From contig JAHBTC010000001.1 of the NCBI GenBank assembly GCA_019638835.1, positions 6,260-70,259 of the forward strand: a DNA stretch of 64,000 nt, written 5' to 3'. Within the stretch, counting starts at the first letter, position 1. The number at the start of each line of letters is the position of its first letter. Origin of the DNA: Fimbriimonadaceae bacterium. Lineage in GTDB: Bacteria > Armatimonadota > Fimbriimonadia > Fimbriimonadales > Fimbriimonadaceae. The notes under the pieces were generated by a model. The model was not told the DNA's origin. It was given only the letters and a program-made list of their open reading frames with translations, and did no database searches. Positions 54,886 through 63,959 of this stretch are shown here, piece by piece. The position numbers were made by a program, and so were the translations under genes.

Positions 54886-55754
54886 AGGGAATCTATATAA
54901 CATTGATCTGCGCCGCAGTTGGAGGCAGTGCAGCTCTCGTTCTCCATCGCAACCTGACAGGTGAGCGAATCAATAGTGCGACAAATGAGAGCTCATCAAT
55001 CCTCGATGACAATTTATGCGAAACTTCAATCGAAGTGCTCCGTCGTCTGGATCCAAATGTCGAATATGACCGATGCCAGTTGACCGATCAACGTGGTGCG
55101 TACATTACAGTCCCGTCCGGCGACGAGATGCAAGCCGTTGGGATCATAGGAGGTACTGACTATCTCCGGATAATCTGGGAGCGGGGCGGCCAGACCTCCA
55201 TGGGCCGCTCAAAAGACATTGGGCAAAGACTATCTGAAAGTGTCTTGAAAGATAAGGCAATGGCCATCGCGGAAACTTTGCCTGGGTGGGGGCGCGAACA
55301 TGAGAAAGTTGAGATGGCGTTTACGACTTATCCTGGCGAAGTGCGCGGCCTGCGATTGTCCTTTGATCAACTACGAGGCGGCTACCGGTTCCTTGACCGC
55401 AGTGTCCGAAGCGAAGTGGAGATTCGGGAAGATGGGAAACCACTAAGAGTTGGATTTATCTATGACCTACCTCAAACCGGAGAGAGTTCACCTCGTCTCT
55501 CAGTATCGCAAGCGCAAGGCGTGGTTGCATCATTGGAGCGAAAGCCTGCGATAGAGCCGTTGCCAATACTTGGCTGGTATGAGACAAGTGAAGGCTCAGT
55601 CAGTCTCGGCTATTATTTCTCCGGGAAGGGTAGCGTTTCTCGCTCAACGAAAGGGGGTGGTGTGTTAGTGGACGCCATCGGTGGTCAAGCAACTCTTATC
55701 GGTTTGTCTGAATGGCCTTACCAGGTACGGCGTCGCAAATACATGCAACGCTGA
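54882..55754 (+). CDS. hypothetical membrane-anchored protein (low-GC islet gene 2)
   Basis: 290 aa. ATGA overlap with gene 1 and an N-terminal TM segment (IYITLICAAVGGSAALVL). No family recognised. Confidence 0.5.
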   Translation: MKGIYITLICAAVGGSAALVLHRNLTGERINSATNESSSILDDNLCETSIEVLRRLDPNVEYDRCQLTDQRGAYITVPSGDEMQAVGIIGGTDYLRIIWERGGQTSMGRSKDIGQRLSESVLKDKAMAIAETLPGWGREHEKVEMAFTTYPGEVRGLRLSFDQLRGGYRFLDRSVRSEVEIREDGKPLRVGFIYDLPQTGESSPRLSVSQAQGVVASLERKPAIEPLPILGWYETSEGSVSLGYYFSGKGSVSRSTKGGGVLVDAIGGQATLIGLSEWPYQVRRRKYMQR

Positions 55755-55770
55755 CGTGCCGGGGTTACAC

Positions 55771-57483
55771 CTAGTCAACCATCCGGTTGAGGCGATCGCG
55801 GACCGCTCGCCAGTCCTCGGTGTCGGGGGGCATTTCGATCCAAACGTCGCTCTCCCCCAAGTTGTCGTATTCGTGGAGCCAACCGTACAGTTGCCGAGCG
55901 AAGAGTTGAGGCGTATGGGTGCCGATGGTGATGGAAGGAGTCTGCAACTCGCCGTTTGCAACGAGGTGAACCCGCGCCTTTGGCGAATAGTGGCGGGTCA
56001 AGTGCCCGGGCGATGACTCAGATTCCTTTCCCTCCGCATAGCGAACAGGGAGCCCCGTCGCTTGCCGCAACTGCTCTGCTGTGATGAACCCGGGCCGTAG
56101 GATGACCAGGTCATCGTCATAGACGCGAACCACCGTACTCTCAATGCCAATCTGGCTCGCTTCGCCGTCGAGCACCGCCCAGACTTGCTCGCGGATCACC
56201 GGGTTGAGATGTTCGATCCGAGTCGGGGAGAGTTCGCCACTCAGGTTAGCGCTCGGGGCGGCGAGGGGGCGGGCACAATCCGCAAGAAAGCGCAATGCAA
56301 CCGGATGGTTCGGAACGCGGAGCGCGACCGTATCAAGCCCGCCAGTCGTAACATCGGGCACCTTAGGCTGCTTGGGTAGCACCAGGGTAAGCGGCCCGGG
56401 CCAGAACTTCTCGGCAAGTACTGAAGCCACTTCGGGCCACTCGCTTGTCAGTCCTTGGGCTTGCGCGGCGTTTTGGACATGGACGATGAGGGGGTTGGTG
56501 GCGGGTCGCCCCTTGATCGTGAAGATCTTGGCGACTGCCTCGGTGCTGAGCGCATCGGCGGCGAGCCCAAGGACGGTTTCGGTGGGGAGGACGACGACTT
56601 CGCCGCGCTTTAAGCCCTTGACGGCGGCCCTCCAGGCATATTTCTTGTCTGAAACTGGCCGGACCGCGCAGAACATGCTTCCCGAAATCGTGGGGACGTC
56701 CTGTAAGACGTTCAATGGTGGTTCATCAAGAAACCACACTCTACGAGAATGTGCAGCTTGCATGATCAACATTCCAAGCCCGTCACGGACTCGCCAATCA
56801 GCTTGCTTAGCTTCCGAGAGGAAAGGAATCGAAGCGTCGCCATAGTTGACGTCGTAGGCAAGCCCTCGTCGTTTTGCCGCGATCCAGATCACGGGAGGTG
56901 CCTCACCAGAGTGTCCCGCACTGGTCGTGTTTACGATCACACCGTAGTCGGAAGATCGCTGGACTTCTGTGGTGGTTTGGTACCCCGCTGCTCTCGCCCA
57001 CTCTAACGATTCATCGCGGCGCGCCCAGATCGTGAATGGCCGGGAACGATGAAAGGACTTCGCAACAATTCGGGCGGTCCCTCCCGACCCCAGAATCAAT
57101 ACGGGCCTCGTTCCTGGATTCTGTTCGTAGAGGTCATAGGAGAATCCATAAAGATCGGTGTTGTAGCCGAAAAGGGAAGGCAAGATGAGAGTGTTGACTG
57201 CACCTAGTTCTGCCAGTTCAGCTGACATCCCACGCGCAAGCGAACACGCCTCCTCTTTCAGCGGAACCGTGCAGTTCACGCCCCGATATCCAAGCGAAAT
57301 GAGTCGTTCCAGCGCCTCGGCCAACTCCCCCTTCGGTACCCGAATCGCGCGATAAATCTCCTCCAATCCGGCCGCCCGCGCCGCCCACGCATGCAACCGA
57401 GGCGACAGAGAATGCGCAATCGGGTCACCCAGCACCGCGTAGTCGCCGGGCGGAGCGTCGCGCCACTCAAACCACTCCGTCAT
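55771..57483 (-). CDS. fusion protein: shikimate dehydrogenase (AroE) + L-threonylcarbamoyladenylate synthase (Sua5/YwlC type)
   Basis: Start at ATG 57483 (ATGA overlap with the upstream stop). The N-terminal half has AVLGDPIAHSLSPRLH, NCTVPLK, NTD and ILGSGGTAR (AroE). The C-terminal half has GEVVVLPTETVLGLAADA, KGRPATNPLIVHV, APSANLSG and the Sua5-domain GHLTRHYSP. Confidence 0.85.
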   Translation of the reverse strand: MTEWFEWRDAPPGDYAVLGDPIAHSLSPRLHAWAARAAGLEEIYRAIRVPKGELAEALERLISLGYRGVNCTVPLKEEACSLARGMSAELAELGAVNTLILPSLFGYNTDLYGFSYDLYEQNPGTRPVLILGSGGTARIVAKSFHRSRPFTIWARRDESLEWARAAGYQTTTEVQRSSDYGVIVNTTSAGHSGEAPPVIWIAAKRRGLAYDVNYGDASIPFLSEAKQADWRVRDGLGMLIMQAAHSRRVWFLDEPPLNVLQDVPTISGSMFCAVRPVSDKKYAWRAAVKGLKRGEVVVLPTETVLGLAADALSTEAVAKIFTIKGRPATNPLIVHVQNAAQAQGLTSEWPEVASVLAEKFWPGPLTLVLPKQPKVPDVTTGGLDTVALRVPNHPVALRFLADCARPLAAPSANLSGELSPTRIEHLNPVIREQVWAVLDGEASQIGIESTVVRVYDDDLVILRPGFITAEQLRQATGLPVRYAEGKESESSPGHLTRHYSPKARVHLVANGELQTPSITIGTHTPQLFARQLYGWLHEYDNLGESDVWIEMPPDTEDWRAVRDRLNRMVD

Positions 57484-58574
57484 GAGCGCTTTTGTACGCC
57501 GTGGAAAGTCCATTGCCGCTGACCGATGAAATTCACAAGCGCAGCCACGACGAGGCCACAGAAACTCGCGATCGCGAAGTCACGTTTCTCTCCGATATGA
57601 ACCATATGCATGACCGTCGTACTGACGCCTAGATTGACGAGCATCGCCGTCAACGCCACGACATAGAATTTGGCAACAAGATTGAACTGAATCTTGCGCT
57701 CCGCTACGCGGAAGGTCCAGCGGCTGTTCCAAAAGTAACCGTTGAATATGGCTAGCAGTACCGGAAGGATCTTGAGAGGAGCGTACGCTGCATCTGTAAT
57801 CGCCTTTTCGGTCATAGGTGAACCGGGATTGAAGATTCCAAGTACGGATTGCCCCACGTGCTCGCGGAGCGAAGTCTCCCCGTACGGCGCTATGTACATC
57901 AAGTAGAAGTGGATGCCGATGTCAATGATGGTGCTCGTGACGCCAATCACGGCGAACTTGAGGAACTCGGTCACCACTTGGTGTTTGAAGAGCCCCGGCT
58001 TGTCGGCAGGTACTCCGTAAGGGACCGAAGGCTGGAAGTATCGGAACAAGAACCGTCCGATCACGGCCTCAATGACTCGGTTGATTCTGGTTCCCGCAAA
58101 TTCAACATTGCTCATGGGGGTCACCCAGATGGCGTCAATCCCCGCCCGGTTCGCGCCCAAGACATCGGTCAGCAACTGGTCGCCGATCATGACGGTCTCC
58201 GTCGGCCCCGCCTTGTGGCGGCTCATCGCCTTCACAAACATCTGCCGGCTTGGCTTCATCCGCGCCAAAACAAAGTCAATGCCCAGCGATTCGCATAGTG
58301 CCTTCAATCGCTCGGGGTGACGCGTGTTACTGATCACGCACAGTGCGAATCCCTTTTCTTCGGCATGCTTCACCCAGTCAAGCGTCTCTTGAGGCAAGTC
58401 CATGGATCGCCAGGGCAAAAGCGTATTGTCAACGTCAAGCAAGATGAGCCGCTTTCCTCGTGCCCACAACTCGTCTACGTTCACCTCGTGAAGTCGGTGA
58501 ATGTTAGCGTGAGGCGCGAAGTGCCGCAAGAAGTAAGGGATCTTATCCTTGCTATAAGCACCCGGAATCCGCAT
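57480..58574 (-). CDS. fusion protein: YqeG-type HAD-IIIA phosphatase + GtrA-like 4-TM domain
   Basis: 364 aa. The N-terminal half has LILLDVDNTLLPW and MIGDQLLTDVLGANRAGIDAIWVTP. The C-terminal half has FLKFAVIGVTSTIIDIGIHF, NGYFWNSRWTF and NFIGQRQWTF (GtrA family pattern). Confidence 0.75.
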   Translation of the reverse strand: MRIPGAYSKDKIPYFLRHFAPHANIHRLHEVNVDELWARGKRLILLDVDNTLLPWRSMDLPQETLDWVKHAEEKGFALCVISNTRHPERLKALCESLGIDFVLARMKPSRQMFVKAMSRHKAGPTETVMIGDQLLTDVLGANRAGIDAIWVTPMSNVEFAGTRINRVIEAVIGRFLFRYFQPSVPYGVPADKPGLFKHQVVTEFLKFAVIGVTSTIIDIGIHFYLMYIAPYGETSLREHVGQSVLGIFNPGSPMTEKAITDAAYAPLKILPVLLAIFNGYFWNSRWTFRVAERKIQFNLVAKFYVVALTAMLVNLGVSTTVMHMVHIGEKRDFAIASFCGLVVAALVNFIGQRQWTFHGVQKRS

Positions 58575-59575
58575 TAGTTCGCCTCCGCCGCTTCTCGTTC
58601 GAGCCGGGCTCTCCGGATGTTTGCCTGGTGTTCCGGGTAGGTGACAGAGAAAAAATGCGAGCGATTCGGCCTCGCCACATAGTAAAGGAAGTTATGTTTC
58701 GCGGGGTTCAAAACACCCTCAATACTGGCGAGCCCCGGCGATCCGATCGGCCCCGGCGGCAGACCCCGGCTGAGATATGTGTTGTATGGCCCCTTGATCG
58801 TGCGAACTTCGCCGGGGCCGAGCACTTTCCACTCGCCAAGCTGATAAAGCACCGTTGCATCGATCTGTAGTTGCATACCCTTCACCAAACGGTTGTCTAT
58901 AACTCCCGCCACCATCGGTCGTTCTTCATCAAGGGCGGCCTCCAGTTCAACCATGCTGGCTTTCGTCAAGACCTTGTTGGGATCCTGATGATCCTTCAAG
59001 ACGGGCCAGACCTTGGATTCGAAGGCACGTAACTGACGAAGGATGGTTTCCTTCGCGCCAATCATCGGCGGCAGGTCGTAGGTGTCGGGGAAGAGATAGC
59101 CCTCAAGCGATCCCGACGGCACTGGGAACGACACTTCGTCTTTGAACTTCTCGCCATCCTCTGCGAGCGAAATGTACTCGCTTGCCGAACACACTTCCTT
59201 TTCTTCGAGTCGCTTGGCCACGCGGGAAATCCACCAACCTTCCGGGATTCGGACAGATTGCCGCACTGGGTGCTGCAACGAACGGAAAACTTGATCGAGC
59301 GTCATCCCTGGCCGAAGTTGATAAGTCCCGGAGTCAATGATGCCGGGGGTTCGCTTCCACTTTGCGTACAGCCGGGCAGATTGGGCGTCGCGGATGATGC
59401 CTTGACCTTCCAGTTCAATCAGTGCTTGATTGAGCGACATCTGGCGCGCAAGCCGCACATACCTTTCGGGCCCTGGAGTCACTGGCTTCCACGCGGCGGA
59501 AAGCATTGCAAATGCCCCGCTTGCGACGAGCAAAAGCACAACCCCCAGCACTAAAACGATTCGCAGGCGCTTCAT
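58574..59575 (-). CDS. mltG: endolytic murein transglycosylase MltG (YceG-like)
   Basis: 333 aa. N-terminal TM anchor, IPEGWWISRVAKRL, ASMVELEA and NTYLSRGLPPGPIGSPG. Confidence 0.9.
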   Translation of the reverse strand: MKRLRIVLVLGVVLLLVASGAFAMLSAAWKPVTPGPERYVRLARQMSLNQALIELEGQGIIRDAQSARLYAKWKRTPGIIDSGTYQLRPGMTLDQVFRSLQHPVRQSVRIPEGWWISRVAKRLEEKEVCSASEYISLAEDGEKFKDEVSFPVPSGSLEGYLFPDTYDLPPMIGAKETILRQLRAFESKVWPVLKDHQDPNKVLTKASMVELEAALDEERPMVAGVIDNRLVKGMQLQIDATVLYQLGEWKVLGPGEVRTIKGPYNTYLSRGLPPGPIGSPGLASIEGVLNPAKHNFLYYVARPNRSHFFSVTYPEHQANIRRARLEREAAEAN

Positions 59576-60003
59576 TGCCCCTCCGCCACAAACCGTTCTA
59601 GGATTCGGAGGGCGGCTTCGCTATCAATTGACCGTTTGATTTGGGACGCTTTCAGGCCCGCCGCCAAAAGCTCTGACTCGGCACCCACGCTCGTGAGTGA
59701 TTCATCGCAGTAGTGAACCGCCCAGCCAAGATCCTTCAATTCGTCTCCAAGCATGCGGCAAATCCGACTCATCTTTGTTTCTGCGCCTTCAATGAGAGGA
59801 ACGCCAATGACGACTTCATTTGCTCCCTCCGCCTTCGCAATAGCGTGGATCGCGGCGGCGTCCTTCGCGAGGGTTCCAGTTGCCGGCAAGAATGGCAATG
59901 TGCGCCCGACGGCAAACTCCGACTCCATTGTGGCCAAGCCGATTCTTGCTCCACCAAAATCAACGCCAACCAACCTCATGGTTGAAAGGCCTCCCGGACC
60001 CAT
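59572..60003 (-). CDS. ruvX: Holliday-junction resolvase-like nuclease RuvX/YqgF
   Basis: 143 aa. Motifs RLVGVDFGGARIGLA and DESLTSV. It overlaps mltG by 4 nt. Confidence 0.85.
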   Translation of the reverse strand: MGPGGLSTMRLVGVDFGGARIGLATMESEFAVGRTLPFLPATGTLAKDAAAIHAIAKAEGANEVVIGVPLIEGAETKMSRICRMLGDELKDLGWAVHYCDESLTSVGAESELLAAGLKASQIKRSIDSEAALRILERFVAEGQ

Positions 60004-60725
60004 TGTTCGAAGGCCGGGGTGACACTGATTGCCTCATCGGAGAGTTGAGGCTGGCCAGCGAAGTCGGTGAAAACGCCACCGGCCTCACGAACGATCAAAG
60101 ATACGGAACTGATATCCCAACGACTTACCGTAGGGTCAATCATTGCATCAATTTGTCCGCCCGCTACCAAACAATGGCCGTAAGCATCACCCCAAGTTCT
60201 CGTGGCAAGGGCCGATTCGGATAAGCGTAAAACGCCTTGCATGCGGCCTCGCTTGACAAGACTGCTATGCCCGCCGCACGCAATCAATGCCCGCGCGGGT
60301 ACAGATTCATCTCGTACGCGGCATGCCTTTCCGTCCATGAACGCCCCCTTACCGCGCTCCGCCCAAAACGCCATGTTCAGTGCGGGAAAAATGGCAATTC
60401 CCAGTTCAGGCTCGCCCGCGACTTCATAAGAAAGGAGTGTCGAATAGAGCGGGACGCCCGCAACAAACGACTTGGTTCCGTCAATCGGGTCAATCACCCA
60501 GCGGTCATCATTTGCGCCAATAAGGCCCTGCTCTTCACCAAGCACGGTCTCACCCGGATATCTCTTTTCAATCGCGGCCCGAATTAGCTCTTCGGCGCGC
60601 CGATCTGCTTCGGTCACGGGAGTAGCGTCGTTCTTTAGTTCGACATTCACCCCGGCCCGGAAAAGTTCGAGCGTGGAACGAGCCGCCTCCCAGGCGGCAT
60701 CGAGGGCAAATTCGAGTCGCGACAT
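59976..60725 (-). CDS. inositol monophosphatase family protein (possibly histidinol-phosphatase HisN-like)
   Basis: 249 aa. Motifs VLGEEQG, WVIDPIDGTKSF and WDISS. Confidence 0.85.
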   Translation of the reverse strand: MSRLEFALDAAWEAARSTLELFRAGVNVELKNDATPVTEADRRAEELIRAAIEKRYPGETVLGEEQGLIGANDDRWVIDPIDGTKSFVAGVPLYSTLLSYEVAGEPELGIAIFPALNMAFWAERGKGAFMDGKACRVRDESVPARALIACGGHSSLVKRGRMQGVLRLSESALATRTWGDAYGHCLVAGGQIDAMIDPTVSRWDISSVSLIVREAGGVFTDFAGQPQLSDEAISVTPAFEQWVREAFQP

Positions 60726-60813
60726 CCTCTCTCAGTTTGGCCGATTCAGTCTAAACGTAAGGCGGCCCTCCGACCAGCAAATGATTGGAGGGCCGCCCGA
60801 TGTTCCGCCTTGA

Positions 60814-61371
60814 TTACGGCATCAAGACGGTATCAATCTCGTGGATCACGCCGTTCGTGGCTTTGATGTCCGTGGCTACAACCGTTGCGTTGCCGATCAT
60901 GACCTTGTCTCCCTCCACCTTGACCGGGAAGTTTCCGTTCAAAGGGGTGACTTCGGTCATCTTCACAACGTCTGCCGCCATCGCGCTTCCGCTGATCACG
61001 TGAGCGGTGAGTACAGCTTTCAACTTCTCCTTGTCGGCCTTGAGCGCTTCAATGTCCGCTTCCGGAATCTTTGCAAATGCGTCGTTGTTGGGTGCGAGCA
61101 CGGTGAACGGGCCCTCACCTTTCAGCGTGTCGACGAGCCCGGCTTCTTGAATAAGCGATACCAGAGTCGTAAATTGCGGCGCATCCATGGCCGTAATGAC
61201 GATGTCCTTATCCATCATCGGCTCTTCCATGGTCGTCGCTGAAGCGGACTCATTCATTGCGCCCGTCGTGGCGGTCGCCTCAGTACTATCTGCGGGGGCT
61301 TCAGCGGGCTGACATCCGACAAGTCCGATGGTCATCGCGGCCGCGACGAGCAAATACCAGTTCGATTTCAT
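60814..61371 (-). CDS. fasciclin (FAS1) domain lipoprotein
   Basis: Start at ATG 61371 after AAGGAA. Lipobox TIGLVGC, then FTVLAPNNDAF and ATNGVIHEIDTVLMP. Confidence 0.8.
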   Translation of the reverse strand: MKSNWYLLVAAAMTIGLVGCQPAEAPADSTEATATTGAMNESASATTMEEPMMDKDIVITAMDAPQFTTLVSLIQEAGLVDTLKGEGPFTVLAPNNDAFAKIPEADIEALKADKEKLKAVLTAHVISGSAMAADVVKMTEVTPLNGNFPVKVEGDKVMIGNATVVATDIKATNGVIHEIDTVLMP

Positions 61372-61481
61372 CTTTCGGTTCCTTTGCGTGCAGGTGGGCA
61401 CGCGCTACCGATTCAACGGAATCGAAGACCGCATGTCAGCATCTTTGGGTTTCGGCCCGACTTTCGACGTGGGACATCGGT

Positions 61482-61519
61482 GAAAAAAAGCCCGCCTCCC
61501 CAAAAAAGGGAAGCGGGCT
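61482..61519 (-). terminator. Rho-independent terminator after the secretin gene
   Basis: On the minus strand, AGCCCGCTTCCC / GGGAGGCGGGCT forms a stem with one mismatch and an A/T-rich loop, followed by CTTTTTTTCA. Confidence 0.8.
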
Positions 61520-61541
61520 AAGTGTTATCTAAGTCAAAGAC

Positions 61542-63959
61542 TTAGGGGTTCGTGCCGCCAGTGTTTCCACCGGTCTCGCGGTAGGTGCGCATCGGGTCGG
61601 GCATATTGCCCTCAGCGATTCGCGGGCTAGCCGCATCGCTCCGGTTCGTCTCATCCACAACCTTTGCCGTGAGGAAGAACACGATTTCCGTGCGCTCGCG
61701 GCTGGTATTGGTTCGGCTGAACAAGAGTCGTCCGATGATTGGGAGGTCCTTCAAGATCGGGATACCCGACACCGAACTTCGATCTTGTTCGAGGATCAAA
61801 CCGCCGATGGCGATCGTCTCGCCGCTCTTCATGTTTACGAACATATTCGTCCGTCGGTCGCTGGTCTGCGGAAGTGATCCGCCGCCGGGAACCGGAAGGA
61901 ATGACGTCAAGATGCTGAAGTTCTGCTCCAGATCAAGTGCGATGTTGCCTTCGGAACCGATGCGAGCCTTGATATCGAAGAGTGCTCCGACTTCGAGCTC
62001 ATCGGTGATGACCGTTGTTCCGCTTTGACTGGCTTGGATCTGCTTAATGTAGCGGATCGTGTCGCCAACGAAGAGTCGGGTGCCACGGCCGTCACTCACA
62101 AGAGCGTTCGGACGAGCGATCAAGTGATTTCGGTCGTTCAACTGGTCGAGGGCGCCGAGGAAGGAGCCCACACCTTGATAGGAGCCACTGATGGCACCGG
62201 GGGTGTCGGTAGCGACGCCCGGATTCATGTTGATGCGGCTACTAATCAGTCGTCCGCCGGTGAGCAGACCCCAGTCAAGACCCAACTTGAGAGCGTCTTC
62301 TTTGCTCAGTTCCAGAACCCGAAGTTCCAGAGCAACCTGTCGCGGGGCTACGTCTACGAGTGAGAGGTAGTTCCGCGCCTGCTGGATCTGGTCCGGCGTT
62401 CCGCGCACGATGAGTCGCATCGGTTCATGACCGATCTGTCGGGTGAGGTCGGACGTTCGGTTCGTCGTCGTACCGCCACCGCCGTTTCCGGCAGCACCGC
62501 CGCCTTGATTCTGCGCCGTTGCCGGGTCATCCGCCTTCTGACCGTCGTCTTCGCCCGTGATGCCGGGGGTAACCGGGTCTGGCACGATCGTGACGTGCAG
62601 GCCCCGAATTCGGTTCTTCAGGTCAAACTCGGCGACCATCGGTTCGAGGTAGCGGAGTTCAAGGATCGCGTACTCGCGTCCGAGACCATTTGCGTCAGCG
62701 GTATAAGCGATGCCGACGGCTTCGCACAATTGCTGATCAAGTGCCATGGCGAACGTTTTCAACCGGCCGAGTTCCGTCTTTGGTCCAACCATAAGGAGGA
62801 CTTGTGAGGGTGCGTCGGAGCCAACAAGTTCACTGATCGCCGTCTGCTGAATCGAGTAGTCGCCACTGCGCGGACTTTCCGCGATCAGTCGCTGAATCAT
62901 CGCTTGAATCTTGCTCGGATCGCCGCTCTGCACGGGGATCGCGACCGTTCCAATGTCTTCGGTTCGGCTGAGCGAGAACGAGTTTGAGATGTTCTGGTCG
63001 AGTCCGCGAACGTAGGTCTCAATCGCATTGAGCCGGTCGGCGTCACCTACGATCATGAGATAGTAGATGCGTCCGTTCGCCGGCGCGGCTTGCGGCATCG
63101 TCGGGTTCGTCGGAGGCGTTTGTGGCGCGGCTTGACCTTCCACCGGAGGGATCAGGTTCTGCGGCATCGCTGTCATGTTCGTCGCCGATGCATTTTCCGG
63201 GACGATGATTTCGTAATAGCCTTCGCGCCCATCTTGCGGATTCGCTTTGAGCGTCGCGTCGCGAATCTGTTTAGCCTCGCCACTGACGAGGTTCACGACT
63301 CGCGTTTGATAGTTGTTATTGCGCTCAAGGATCTGGCGCATCGTGTCGCTCAGTTTGTCGGCCGGGGTGACCACGAAGGTCGACGCGACTCGGGCAAACC
63401 GAAGGCCAGACATGGCCGTGATGAAACTCAGCGAATCTTCAAGCGTGACATTGGTCAGGCTCAACGTAAGCAACATTGGCTTGTCGCTGGGGCTCACCTC
63501 GGGCGACGTGATGATATTGACGTTGGCCTGCATGGCGAGGGCCTTCAAGATCTGCACAACATCGGTGTCCACGAAGTCAAGCGAAACCTTGCGCATCAAC
63601 GCGGCATCCTGGACGAGCGAAGCCGTCGTGTTGGTTGTCGTCGTGTTTGTCGGTGTCGTTCTTGGAGTTCGAACGGGAGCGCTTCGAACCGGAGGAGTGC
63701 TGGCAGGAGGCGTCACCTCTTCCTTCTTTTCCTCCACCGGAGGCGTACTCACAGGAGGAAGGGTAGGAAGGGTTTCTTCCTTCTTTTCCTCGGTTGGCGG
63801 GGTTGTTACCGGAGGAGTAGCTTCCTCTTTCTTTTCCTCAACCGGAGGCGTGCTCACCGGGGGAGCGGTTTCCTCATTTTTCTCTTCCACCGGAGGCGTG
63901 CTAACAGGCGGAGTCGAAGAAGGAATGACCGCAGGGTCGGTGATCACGGGGTTGCGCAA
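61542..63959 (-). CDS. secretin (PilQ/GspD family) with Pro/Glu/Lys-rich repeat N-terminus
   Basis: 805 aa. The C-terminal secretin domain has TIAIGGLILEQDRSSVSGIPILKDLPIIGRLLFSRTNTSRERTEIVFFLTAKVV, with N0/N1-like repeats upstream. TTG 63959 is the first start after an in-frame stop at 63966-63968. Confidence 0.85.
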   Translation of the reverse strand: MRNPVITDPAVIPSSTPPVSTPPVEEKNEETAPPVSTPPVEEKKEEATPPVTTPPTEEKKEETLPTLPPVSTPPVEEKKEEVTPPASTPPVRSAPVRTPRTTPTNTTTTNTTASLVQDAALMRKVSLDFVDTDVVQILKALAMQANVNIITSPEVSPSDKPMLLTLSLTNVTLEDSLSFITAMSGLRFARVASTFVVTPADKLSDTMRQILERNNNYQTRVVNLVSGEAKQIRDATLKANPQDGREGYYEIIVPENASATNMTAMPQNLIPPVEGQAAPQTPPTNPTMPQAAPANGRIYYLMIVGDADRLNAIETYVRGLDQNISNSFSLSRTEDIGTVAIPVQSGDPSKIQAMIQRLIAESPRSGDYSIQQTAISELVGSDAPSQVLLMVGPKTELGRLKTFAMALDQQLCEAVGIAYTADANGLGREYAILELRYLEPMVAEFDLKNRIRGLHVTIVPDPVTPGITGEDDGQKADDPATAQNQGGGAAGNGGGGTTTNRTSDLTRQIGHEPMRLIVRGTPDQIQQARNYLSLVDVAPRQVALELRVLELSKEDALKLGLDWGLLTGGRLISSRINMNPGVATDTPGAISGSYQGVGSFLGALDQLNDRNHLIARPNALVSDGRGTRLFVGDTIRYIKQIQASQSGTTVITDELEVGALFDIKARIGSEGNIALDLEQNFSILTSFLPVPGGGSLPQTSDRRTNMFVNMKSGETIAIGGLILEQDRSSVSGIPILKDLPIIGRLLFSRTNTSRERTEIVFFLTAKVVDETNRSDAASPRIAEGNMPDPMRTYRETGGNTGGTNP
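63675..63915 (-). repeat. about 5 imperfect tandem repeats encoding PPVSTPPVEEKKEE(x)T
   Basis: The protein N-terminus reads STPPVSTPPVEEKNEETAPPVSTPPVEEKKEEATPPVTTPPTEEKKEETLPTLPPVSTPPVEEKKEEVTPPASTPPV. The matching DNA periodicity is visible in 63700-63910. Confidence 0.85.
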
